A stretch of DNA of 63,436 bases, counting the filler, from Octopus bimaculoides (Eukaryota), in NCBI RefSeq assembly GCF_001194135.2. It is 5 parts of 4 records of this genome, joined end to end, with 100 filler letters (N's around TTAATTAATTAA, not from the genome) between each part and the next. Parts side by side here need not be neighbours in the genome. Positions count along the whole stretch, not along the records: positions 1 to 27,805 come from NC_068984.1; positions 27,906 to 38,220 come from NC_069000.1; 3 more parts are not named here. One strand, 5' to 3'. The translations under genes were made by a program, and so were the position numbers. The first letter of the stretch is position 1; the number at the start of each line of letters is the position of its first letter. The notes below the pieces were generated by a model that was not told the origin of the DNA, searched no databases, and was given only the letters and a program-made list of their open reading frames with translations. Positions 24,944 through 36,715 of this stretch are shown in pieces.

Positions 24944-25365
24944 CCCTTTTGATATCAATCTGCCTAACACCAACACTGCTTCTATGATACAAAGTTCCTG
25001 TTTTAACCCTTTAGGATTTAAACCAGCTATTTCCAGCCCAAATACACTACCTGTTTTATGTTAAAAACAGCTAGGCCTTTCACACCTACCCTACAAAGTC
25101 TTTCTAAAAATAATTACATCATTGAAATCTCAAAGTTACAAAATAATGCAGGATTAATTCAATACAATGTGAATACACTTGACAAAGTAATCCGAATACT
25201 AAAGACTAAGTGATTCTAAATGAAAACCTCCCATAAAAATTCCACGTTATTTTATGTTACAAACACCAGCTTAATAATGACTAAATTATTAATTAAATCT
25301 CTTGTATTTTCAAAATTTATTGAAACAAAGGCAGCATCTTTCAATAGAAGTATGGTAACAAAAGG
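24944..25365. mobile_element. TTAA-flanked MITE with a second TTAA MITE nested at ~25007-25205
   Basis: TTAA|CCCTTTTGATATC ... GTAACAAAAGG|TTAA; the inner element begins TTAA|CCCTTTAG and matches the 15353 family. Confidence 0.75.
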
Positions 25366-25459
25366 TTAATAGACACCATTTTTATCTAAAAAAAAACTTT
25401 TATTGATTAGCTTTTGCCAATACAGACAACAAAAAGTTCCTTTCGATTGCGGATCTTAC

Positions 25460-25623
25460 CTTCTTCATATATTCAGTTATAGGATTCTGCTCCAAGAACG
25501 TTTTACTTTCTCTTGTATAAAATTCTTTAGTGTCTTCTATGAAAGGTGTTTCAAAGTTTTCTTTATATACATCTAGAGCTGGTCCCTTAATTGAGGAATC
25601 TTCTTCACTTAGACCAAGAGCAA
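25460..25623 (-). CDS. CUL1: Cullin-1 exon (V)ALGLSEEDSSIKGPALDVYK...EYMKK (164 nt)
   Basis: tgtttAG acceptor, GTAAGA donor, phases 1 to 0 fit neighbours. Confidence 0.95.
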
Positions 25624-27183
25624 CTAAACAAGAAAACATCATTTGTGAAAATAAGGTGTCAACATTCAGGTATCAAACAAAAGGATAATCATAGCCACCT
25701 GAGCTACCAGAGAAAGAATTAACTTATCCAGCCATGTCATCCCTACCATCCTTCTCCTGTCTACTGTATCATCATTACTACTCTGCTGCTCTCCACACCC
25801 CTTATTTTCTGCACTGTCAGTCATCTCCTATTCTCCCAATTCATGTATTATTGACTCTCACCTACCCTTTATCCAACCTTCAACTCTATCTAATCCTTAC
25901 AGTTTTTGCCTACCTTCCCTCACCCATTCATCCATCTCATCTCCCACACTCCCATACACTCTTGCAACTTCCACTCAACTACACTTCTGTTATCTCTTCT
26001 ACGTCCCCACTTCTACTCACCTTGCACCTTGCGGGTCGACCCAGACACATCGTCATTTTTATCTCTTTCCACCTTCATCCAATCACTCTTACCCTCTCTA
26101 CTACAATGTGAGTAACCATGCACTTTCACTACAGTAAGAAACCCGTTCTGCTCTGGTTCTATCTCTTCTAGCATAAAGTCTCTCCACCACACAGATCTTA
26201 GTCTTGCAAGCTGCATGGCACCACACTAGAACACACTGTAAAATGGTTAGCATTAGGAAGGACATCCTACCACAGAAACCACATCGAAGCAGACAGTAGA
26301 ACATGATGCAGTCCTTGAGCCCATCACATCTTTTCAAACTAGGTAAGCCATGCTAGCATGGAACATGGACATTAAATAACTATGACGATAACATTTCCAA
26401 ACTTATGTGAGTAGTAATTAAAGCGTATACAGTTAAAGAGAAATTTCAACTCTAAACCTTTTCAATACAAACCCTTGGAAATCAATCCTTATTAAAAAGG
26501 TTCGCAATTCCAGTGATACAAATAGCCAGCATATTCTTATACAAAACATAATCTCAAAAAGGGATTAAAACACTAATTCTCAAACTTTTTCTGTCATGGC
26601 CTAAACTAAAACATGAAAATTCAAAAACTTCTTTGCCAATATTTTTCCTTGTGATACACAGGAAAGAAACAAAGAACAATTTAACATTTTATACATGTTG
26701 GATTGTCATTTTCCGGTTTTTTACATTTATTTTTGTTACTGGTTTGTTCTCTTTCTCTCTCTGGCTTTTCTACTAACTCTACCACAATGGCCTCACTGCT
26801 CCTTGGAGTTGGTTGCCCATGTGTCAACTGTTCTCATACTCCTGATTTATTCGTCTTTCCTCCTTTCATCACCCATGTTGTGTCCAACTTCCTAAGCCCT
26901 TTACTAACCTCCTATATCTTTTCTCCCCTAAAACATCAGCCCTCTAGAATCTCCACCCTGTTCATATCGTTTCTGTAGGTGTCAACTTGCAACACTAAAT
27001 GGAACATTAATAGCCTCAATCTCACAGGTCTTGGAAGACCTGCAAAGACCAAAAGGAATAGTCCCTCTCTTCAAACCCACAAATGAAAAGAAGAAAATTT
27101 TACCCACTACAACATAGTGAAACTTTTAACTCCAAATAGTAAAAGTAGAATACATAAGTAAAACAAGCACAAAAAAATCTTAC

Positions 27184-27325
27184 CATAACAATTAATAACT
27201 CCACTAATCAAACCAGTATTGATTGTCTCCCCTTGCCGTTCTTGTTTTATTAGTTTAAGAACAGCGTCGGTTACCTGCTTATTCAGAGGGCGAAATAAAT
27301 TGTCCCGCCAAGTGATCAAAGCTAA
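27184..27325 (-). CDS. CUL1: Cullin-1 exon [17 protein letters not shown]...GVINCY (142 nt, phase 0 to 1)
   Basis: ttttgcAG acceptor, GTAAGA donor, CUL1 cullin-repeat sequence. Confidence 0.95.
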
Positions 27326-27762
27326 CTGCAAAATTGAAAGAGAAAAACAAAAATCAAAAACATCTATATCGACCTGACATGTACCATGAGTAAAAACTCA
27401 GGGTAGGCAGTAGGCAAAGAACATTGTCAACAAAACAGCTTACCCCTATGAGATATGTGACAACAGACAATAACAAATAAAAATAATAATTACACATACA
27501 CATAATAGTAATAATTCTTTCTACTACAGGCACAAAGCCTGGAATTTGGGGAGAGGGGGAGGTAAGTCGATTACATCGACCCTGGTGCTTGACTGGTATT
27601 TATTTTATTGACACCAAAAGGGTGGAAAGTAAAATCAAGCTCAGCAGCATTTGAATTCAGGATATAAAACCAGAAGAAATGCCACTTAGTATTTTGTCTG
27701 GTGTGCTAATGGTTTTGCCAGCTTGCTGCTTTTAATAATACTAATAATAATTACACACACAC

Positions 27763-27805
<43 letters not shown>

Positions 27806-27905
27806 NNNNNNNNNNNNNNNNNNNNNNNNNNNNNNNNNNNNNNNNNNNNTTAATTAATTAANNNNNNNNNNNNNNNNNNNNNNNNNNNNNNNNNNNNNNN
27901 NNNNN
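27806..27905. other. Artificial scaffold-join spacer N44-TTAATTAATTAA-N44
   Basis: Identical 100-bp structure recurs at 38221, 42491 and 61601; stop codons in all six frames. Confidence 0.95.
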
Positions 27906-27928
27906 GACAGACTGACAGACAGATAGAC

Positions 27929-27983
<55 letters not shown>

Positions 27984-27984
27984 C

Positions 27985-28026
<42 letters not shown>

Positions 28027-28100
28027 TTAGATAGAGAGATACCGAGAGAGGGAAAGAGAGAGAGAGAGACAGACATACAGACAGACAGACATACATACAT

Positions 28101-28159
<59 letters not shown>

Positions 28160-28160
28160 G
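27906..28160. repeat. (GATA)n/(GACA)n tetranucleotide microsatellite
   Basis: Direct reading. Confidence 0.95.
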
Positions 28161-28261
28161 GCAGATCCGTAAATATGCCTGTACGTCTGTATTGTCCGTT
28201 GGTAGCTTTTCTCTTCATTTTTATCTAAATTATGTTTTTGCACCTCTCCCTTTTTCCCATC

Positions 28262-28309
<48 letters not shown>

Positions 28310-28469
28310 TCTGTCCCTTTCTCTCTCACTCTTTCTCTCTCTCTGTCCCTATTTTTGTTCCCCTATGAACATCTCTCCTTCTTTACTTTTTTTTTTCTTT
28401 TTTGCACCTGGTACATCGCTCTGTGGCTCCACCGGCCAATTTCTCTGATAAATATCATCNNNNNNNNNN

Positions 28470-29110
28470 TGACTGGTACTTTATTTTATTGACAACAAAA
28501 GCATGAAAGGCAAAGTTGACTTCGTCGTGATTCGAACTCAGAATGTAGAGAACCGGAACAAATGTTGCAGAGCTTATTTTTCCGGTATTTCAACAATTCT
28601 GTTAGTCCATCGCTCTTCCATAATGACTCCTGATATTGGCACAAGGCCAGCAATTTCGGCAGGCGGGTTAGACACCGGAAGGAGTGGAATAAAAGACAAA
28701 ATCGACCTCGGTGGAATTTGAACTTAGAATGTAGAGAACCAGAACAAACATTGATTTCAAATTTTGTCACAACACCAGCAATTTCGGAGGGACTTATTTT
28801 ATCGACCCCGAAAGGATGAAAGGCAATGTCGACCTCGGTGAAATTTGAAATCACAATGTATATACGGACAAAATGCCGCGAAGCTTTTTGCTCTCCGTGC
28901 TAACGATCTTGGTAGCTCACCGCGATAACCGGAGCAAATATTGTAACGTATTTTTCCCAACACTCTAACGATTCTGTCAGCTCACCACCTTTGAAGATAA
29001 TGTTGTTGTTTTTATAATTATTATTTTTATTTGGGTACAAGAGCAGCAATTGTAAGAGGTGGAAGTTTATCGATTACATCAACCTCACTGCTTTCATTTT
29101 ATCCTCACTC
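28470..29110 (-). mobile_element. Cluster of truncated family B SINE copies
   Basis: Repeated GAAAGGCAAAGTCGACCTCGG...ATTTGAACTCAGAA motifs. Confidence 0.75.
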
Positions 29111-30121
29111 GGATTTGAACTCGTTAATATTGCAGAATATAAAATATACTGAACAAAACCAATTAAATCTTGTTATTTTGATCTCCGTTACGTATTGTTA
29201 TAACTACATTTCCTCTCTTTACGCAAGAGTCTCTTTCTCTCTTACCGTAATTTTCTTCATTAAACACTACATTATCTTCCCTTCTTTCTACCCCAGACTT
29301 GTAACCCTTTGGCATTAACACCCCGCTCTTTTTTTTTTTTTTTTGGCAAATACTGACCTACAGATATCCGAACCGAATATTAACGGCATTAATTTGTCAA
29401 GTCTTGGGGGAACAATAACTGTCACAGCTATTTTTCCGCTTCATCTGACTAACTTCTGAACAATGAAATATGGTGTCTTCTTTGTCTTGTTTATATATAT
29501 AAAAAATATTGCTCACAATAAAAACTAACAGACGATGTTATGACATTTGTATAAATCAGTTTGAAATGAAACCAACGTTAAACACTTCAACCGTGACCAT
29601 CGATACAAATAAAAGCAGTCATCGCAGTCAATATTTACGAGGAATATCGCAGCGGGATTTTAATGCGATTACCTGTAGAGTATTTACGCCATCAGCGTCA
29701 GGAATAGAATTTTCTGAAAAGTTTAACCCCAGCAAAATGGGTTTCTTCGTTTGAGTGGCCCAGCCCCTAATAAAAAACGAACGCTACAAGGAATAAAATA
29801 GCGGAAAGGTTAGTACCCATGTGTGATACACAAATATTGCCGAGCCATTTTATACCCGAAAAACACATATGTATGTACGTATGTATGTATGTATGTATGT
29901 ATGTATGTATGTATGTATGTTTGGCTCCAATCTCCTGTGGCCACTGAAATGGTTGAGTATATAAGCAGATTGGCAGCTTGTTTCTCTGGAATTCGTCAAA
30001 TTATTTTAGACGCCTCTGATGGGAGTTCAATGAGTTTCGAAAATCGATTCAGGCTGTTCATCATTTTTCAGACTTAGGAGAAACAACTAAATTAGCACTA
30101 GTTATAAATTTACTGTATAGG

Positions 30122-30198
<77 letters not shown>

Positions 30199-30873
30199 CA
30201 CACACACACACATACACACACACACATATTTATATATACACCCGCACATATATATAATATATATTTCTAATACATGTGTGTGCATGTGTCCTGGTGTCTG
30301 TGTTTGTCTCCACTCTCTCTACAGCGTGACAACCGGTGTTGGGTTGTTTACGTCCCCGTAATGTAGGAATTCGACAAAAAGAGACCGCTAGAAGAAGAAC
30401 CAGACTTTAAAAATAATGATTAAGTACTGGGGTTGATTTGCTTGACGACTTGACCCTTCGAGGAGGTACCCCAGCATGGCCGCAGTCCAATGATTGAAAT
30501 AAGTAAAAGATAGAACTTCAGGATGCATAATATTAAGGTTTAGATTTCTGTAACTGATTAAATAGAGGGCGCCAGGCACAAAAGTACTTTTGACTAGATT
30601 AAACTGAGAAGATGCCTGTGGGGTAGCATTGAGAAGGAGAATACGANNNNNNNNNNNNNNNNNNNNNNNNNNNNNNNNNNNNNNNNNNNNNNNNNNNNNN
30701 NNNNNNNNNNNNNNNNNNNNNNNNNNNNNNNNNNNNNNNNNNNNNNNNNNNNNNNNNNNNNNNNNNNNNNNNNNNNNNNNNNNNNNNNNNNNNNNNNNNN
30801 NNNNNNNNNNNNNNNNNNNNNNNNNNNNNNNNNNNNNNNNNNNNNNNNNNNNNNNNNNNNNNNNNNNNNNNNN

Positions 30874-30936
<63 letters not shown>

Positions 30937-31127
30937 ATGTTGTAAAGAAGGAGCTGGTTTCTGACAAAGTTTAAAAGCTTCATCTTAGGAATGTCGAGAA
31001 CAAAAACGATTTCACATTCTGAACTTGAGAAAAGTCTTGCATATTTTCACTGTTCCGCTTGCAATTTACATTTGTAACGCGTGCTTTAAGTGGTTGATTC
31101 CTTTTTCTGAACACGTTAGCTTTTCCA

Positions 31128-31210
31128 GCTCATCATCATCATCATCATCATCATAAGCATCATCATCATCATCATCGTCGTCATCATCATCAGCTTCTTA
31201 TTCATCCTCG

Positions 31211-31249
<39 letters not shown>

Positions 31250-31285
31250 TCATAAGCACCATAAGCATCATCATCATCATCATCG

Positions 31286-31324
<39 letters not shown>

Positions 31325-31850
31325 ACATAGTCGCCACCTCCGCCACCGTAATATTATGAAATATCTCTAAACTATACAATACATTGTTCTACGTCATTAA
31401 GTTTCAATATAATTGTGGTGAATGGGAACCGATTGATTTTTGCTAGCATTGCAATTGTCTTCATCGCGATCATTGCTGTAGTCAACATCAGCATCATCAT
31501 CATCATCATCATCGACATCGTCATCATCATCATCATCATCATCATCACCATCATCACCATCACCATCAACATCGACATCATCATTATCATCATCATCGTC
31601 ATTATCATCATCATCGACATCACCATCATCACCATCATCATCAACATCGACATCATCATCATCACCATCACCACACCACTATCATCATCATCATTATCAT
31701 CAGTAGAACTAGCAGCAGCACCAACAACAACATCAATATCATCCCATTCTTCATCGTTGTGGTCTTCATCATTGCCATCGTCATCGTCATCATCGTTGTC
31801 ATCATCGTCATCACCTTCACGACCATCACCACTACCACCACCACCATCAC

Positions 31851-31891
<41 letters not shown>

Positions 31892-31935
31892 CCAACAACA
31901 ACAACAACAGCATCACTATTAGCTTTATCATCATA
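31128..31935. repeat. Degenerate (CAT)n/(CAC)n/(CAA)n trinucleotide arrays
   Basis: Direct reading; source of the poly-D/M/I ORFs. Confidence 0.95.
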
Positions 31936-32787
31936 AAAGTCTGTTGTGTGTGCGTGCGTGTGTACATGCGGAGGGGGTTGTCTTATCCCGGACAGTTTCA
32001 CCTCTAGGAGTGATTCCAGGTCCTCTACCACACAAGCTACCATCCACGTAGCTTTTAAATATTTAATTTACTCGCGAATGTTTTAATGTTTTCCACTGCT
32101 TATTTTACTCGTGTATATATTAATATTTTGACAGTTATTTCTAGCAACTCCTGTTGGTTTGCTCGTAGCTTTTAAATATTTAATTTACTCACGAATCTTT
32201 TAATGTCTTTCACTGTTTATTGTAACTAGTTTAATGTTCTGACGTGCCGTTGCCCCTCGCATCCTTTCCCCGCTACTGTGACAGATGATCAAAATGCTTA
32301 GCGTCATTTCGTCTGTCTTTACATCCTGAGTTCAACGCCGAGGTTGATTTCCCCACTCAATAAGTACCAGTTGAACATCGGGATCTACCTAATCGATTTA
32401 CCCGTCCCCCGTGATTGCTGGCCTTGTGCCAAAAACGTGAAAGCATTATCATACATGTGTTTGTTTTGATATTAAGATTGACAACAACCGACCTTGTTTA
32501 TAAAAAATTTTGAACATGGGTTTGCACCCCCTAAGCAATTTTCGTCCCTGCTCTTATGGTAGGGGACAGCTTTAAAAATTGCTTCTTCGGTCATATCTGT
32601 TGTGTCGGAAGACGGATATCACAAAACTATCCAACTCTACGAGCCCAATTGGTTTGGGTGAAGCATGTTACGACGTCACGGTAAATTTCCTTTGAATGTT
32701 TTTAGTTTCGCGATAGTTTGCCTCTGAAAAAAAAAACGTACGCAGCGTGTACGCTGTAAGTAATAGCGTGGGTAATAACACCTTAAT

Positions 32788-33045
32788 AAGGTTGTGCCTA
32801 TAATAGTTGGTACTTTGAGAACTGTAAGCAAAGATATAGACAAATGGTTGAAGGAGATGTTATGTCCTGTAGAGCTTTTATATAAAGTTTGCGTCTTGAA
32901 AACAGGAAAGATTATCAGGAGGGTTCTAAGCACTTGAAAAACTATTGAAAGCAAGTGGATACCTTAGGTTACAAGTAGTAACCCGCTGCCCACATAAACC
33001 CTACCAGAAATAAGACCGAACCTGAGTCAAATAAATAATAATAGT
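32788..33045 (+). mobile_element. 3' end of an R4/Dong-like RLE non-LTR retrotransposon ending in (AAT)n
   Basis: 32791-32937 reads VVPIIVGTLRTVSKDIDKWLKEM...KVCVLKTGKIIRRVLST*, a typical C-terminus after the restriction-like endonuclease. Confidence 0.7.
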
Positions 33046-33048
33046 AAA

Positions 33049-33100
<52 letters not shown>

Positions 33101-33103
<3 letters not shown>

Positions 33104-33734
33104 GCCCGGATGCAGTACCAGGCAGTGGCTCTCATAGCTTCTGATCTTAATTGATTGGAAGTGTTATCATGTACATTGTTTTGTCTTGGTATAAAAGATG
33201 GGCTACAGCAAATATTCTGCTCAATACCACAGATTTGCTTGTCAGTTGTTTGACCTTAACCAGTTGAGCATGTCCCTTGGTGGCTGAAGATATGTGCATC
33301 TCTACCCNNNNNNNNNNNNNNNNNNNNNNNNNNNNNNNNNNNNNNNNNNNNNNNNNNNNNNNNNNNNNNNNNNNNNNNNNNNNNNNNNNNNNNNNNNNNN
33401 NNNNNNNNNNNNNNNNNNNNNNNNNNNNNNNNNNNNNNNNNNNNNNNNNNNNNNNNNNNNNNNCATGGGTGTTTTGCTCAACATCCTTAAACAACCTTTA
33501 TTCAGGAACCTTTTGAGCGGGATGGGCTACTCGACCTGAAGAAAATTCTAACTTGGCCCCCACCTGCGAGGTTATGCGCTGTTTATCTTGATATGAGATC
33601 ACCATGTCGTGCACATATGGTTGTGATGCATGTGCCTGGTGTACCCTTATCAGACGGGTAGTCATGATGGGTATACTGGGCTTCGTATATTTTACCCCAG
33701 TATCACTTTGATGGCATGCACTGCTCTCTCACAC

Positions 33735-33735
<1 letters not shown>
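33101..33735 (+). mobile_element. Unclassified retroposon-like segment embedded between (AAT)n tracts
   Basis: Non-coding, bounded on both sides by long (AAT)n arrays, internal gap 33308-33463. Confidence 0.5.
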
Positions 33736-33809
<74 letters not shown>

Positions 33810-34038
33810 TTTTTATTTGCCACCAGGGCCGAACACAAAACATGGAGGACGATACACAGACGAGGGACAGTGAGGTTAAACGTGTAAACAGCTAAATAGC
33901 ACAACGATTAACAAAGAGATTAAATGAACAATAGTTTTAATGATAATGATGTGTATGAACGTATGAGGTGTAGGAATATTTACAGGTGAAATTTTATACA
34001 CAGAAGACAGAAAAACGCGTACAAACAACAACACAATT

Positions 34039-34223
34039 ATACAAAAAGTATAGATAACGGATACATCTATATATATATACATATACAAAAAGTATAGATA
34101 ACGGATACATCTATATATATATATATATACATATACAAAAAGTATAGATAACGGATACATCTATATATATATATATACATATACAAAAAGTATAGATAAC
34201 GGATACATCTATATATATATACA
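34039..34223. repeat. Minisatellite, 4 x ATACAAAAAGTATAGATAACGGATACATCT(AT)n
   Basis: Near-identical 30-bp cores separated by variable (AT)n. Confidence 0.9.
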
Positions 34224-34410
34224 TGTAACTTTACGGCATAAGTCACATTTAGCATAAATAAACGGTCAACAAGTGTGGAAAATTATGAACAACTTTGAAG
34301 CGAGATCCGTTTGTTGAATAGTTCAACGTAGTGCTTTGTTCTGTGTAGGAATCATGCTGTTAAGACTAATCTTTGAATTGTCTCATAACAACAACAACAA
34401 CAACAACAAC

Positions 34411-34459
<49 letters not shown>

Positions 34460-34467
34460 ACATCATT

Positions 34468-34620
34468 ATAGATATGGCTGCCTGCTGACACGAATGTAGC
34501 GGTTATAGAACAAGATAAAATGAGAAACATACCAAGATTTTTGCAAGGGAAATGCGAAAACTGTGAAGGGCCTCTGCAAAAGTAATCTAAGTAGTTAGTT
34601 GAAGGTACCTGAGGTGCCAA
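34468..34620 (+). mobile_element. Degenerate RLE endonuclease fragment (R4/Dong-like)
   Basis: IDMA-PADTNVAVIEQDKM..YQDF-AREMRKL across frameshifts; follows (AAC)n(AAT)n. Confidence 0.6.
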
Positions 34621-34750
34621 CAGACCTGGTGGTTTTTTAAAATGAGATCAGTGTAACTACGAGAATCGCATCAATGTAGAAATCTATTCTACTTGTTTGG
34701 AACAGAAATGATTGTTCGAAAAGTCCTCGATATTTAAGGAAATTATTTTA

Positions 34751-35015
34751 AAAATCGAACATACATACAGAAGGTGTGTATGTGTGTGTGTCGTTAGTTC
34801 GTGGATCGGTTGCGTTTTTTAGGCGTAAGAGAATATCTTCTCAATGCGCTTGGTGCTGAGAGTAAGTGATAGGCAAGCGCAAGCGAGAAACTTACTTTCG
34901 GGTGTTTTAAACACCAAGTGCATTTAGTAGATATTCTCTTATGCCTAAAAAAAAAAAAGCAGCCGTTCCACGAACTAACGACACACACACACCTTGTGTT
35001 TGTGTGTTCGATTTT
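34751..35015. mobile_element. Fold-back element, ~265 bp, with (TG)n/(CA)n inside its arms
   Basis: AAAATCGAAC...GTGTCGTTAGTTCGTGGA...TAGGCGTAAGAGAATATCT mirrored by AGATATTCTCTTATGCCTA...TCCACGAACTAACGACAC...GTTCGATTTT. Confidence 0.85.
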
Positions 35016-35317
35016 GTTTATAAACCTTGAGCTGCTTCTAATTCATATTCGAATCTAAGGAAATTAGTTGAAATCCGGTGTCAAGGACATCGATTACAAT
35101 CTTCCATAAACAAACTTGCCCGGACTTGTGCCTGGGAGGGCAACTTTCTGGGTGCAATCCCATGGTCAGTCATGATCGAAGGGGGTCTCAGCATATATAT
35201 ATATATATATATATAAATGTTAGTCATGATATCTGTGTATACATATGGAGTAATTTATCCCATGTTCATGCCTCTTGTAGTATGCGTGTGTCTACGTACA
35301 TGAAGAAACAGACACAG

Positions 35318-35384
<67 letters not shown>

Positions 35385-35817
35385 NNNNNNNNNNNNNNNN
35401 NNNNNNNNNNNNNNNNNNNNNNNNNNNNNNNNNNNNNNNNNNNNNNNNNNNNNNNNNNNNNNNNNNNNNNNNNNNNNNNNNNNNNNNNNNNNNNNNNNNN
35501 NNNNNNNNNNNNNNNNNNNNNNNNNNNNNNNNNNNNNNNNNNNNNNNNNNNNNNNNNNNNNNNNNNNNNNNNNNNNNNNNNNNNNNNNNNNNNNNNNNNN
35601 NNNNNNNNNNNNNNNNNNNNNNNNNNNNNNNNNNNNNNNNNNNNNNNNNNNNNNNNNNNNNNNNNNNNNNNNNNNNNNNNCAGCATAATTTATTTGAATA
35701 TAAAAGATTACGCGAGTGCTTATGTATCACTTTTCCATATTTACACGTGTTTCAGTGTGTCGGTAGCTACAGATACATGAGTGACTGACACAGAGACATA
35801 CAGGCACAGAGAGAGGG

Positions 35818-35906
<89 letters not shown>

Positions 35907-36486
35907 GGCAAACAGACAGACAGACAGACTGACTGACAGACATATTGGTTCCCTTTTCCTGAAGTAATTCTCTCTACGGATAATGATCATTTTCTTAATA
36001 TGAAACTCACGTCATGTTTCATCAATGATTCGCTAAATTAAATACTACATATCGATCTAAATCGTTTCTTCGTTAGAATTCACTTTCTTTTTTTATTTCA
36101 TTTCTTTCTTCCTTTTGTTATTTTCTGGGTTTTTTTGGTTTTCTTTTTTTTTTGTCTCTGTCCATCTGCAAATATGCGTTTGTATGTTTTCACGGTTGTA
36201 TATATGTGTGTATATGTGTGTATATACATATATACATGTATATTTATCAATATCCATATACACATTCCACATATATATATATGCATATACATTTTTATAG
36301 ATAGATATAGATATAGATATATATATGTCTACATGTATATATATTACGTCATTTATGTTACATATACACACACATACACACACACGTTTGTATCTTTGCC
36401 TGTACGCATGCGTGTGTGAGTGTGTGGGAGTGTAGGTGAGTCCTAGAAGGGGAGTGTGTGTGTGCTAGTATGTATGTATATATATA

Positions 36487-36523
<37 letters not shown>

Positions 36524-36669
36524 GCGTATGTGTAAACATATATACGCATACACATACATAAACACGCACGCAAACACATTTATATGATTCGTGTGTGTCA
36601 GTCTGTATATAAGCATATATGCACAGCCATACATACATACTTATAATTGTATGTATGTATATATGTATA

Positions 36670-36715
<46 letters not shown>

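Noticed and set aside
27850-27861. TTAATTAATTAA as a homeodomain site or biological palindrome
   Set aside because: Always centred in exactly 44+44 Ns; assembly linker
29248-29460. Minus-strand exons ending at GTAAGA (~29248) and GTCAGT (~29358) donors
   Set aside because: No good acceptor or consistent open frame; no CUL1 similarity
31372-32043. 223-aa acidic poly-Asp ORF
   Set aside because: Translation of (GAT)n triplet arrays; no splice signals or domain
34039-34223. CRISPR-like repeat-spacer pattern
   Set aside because: Spacers are only (AT)n, the context is eukaryotic and there are no cas genes
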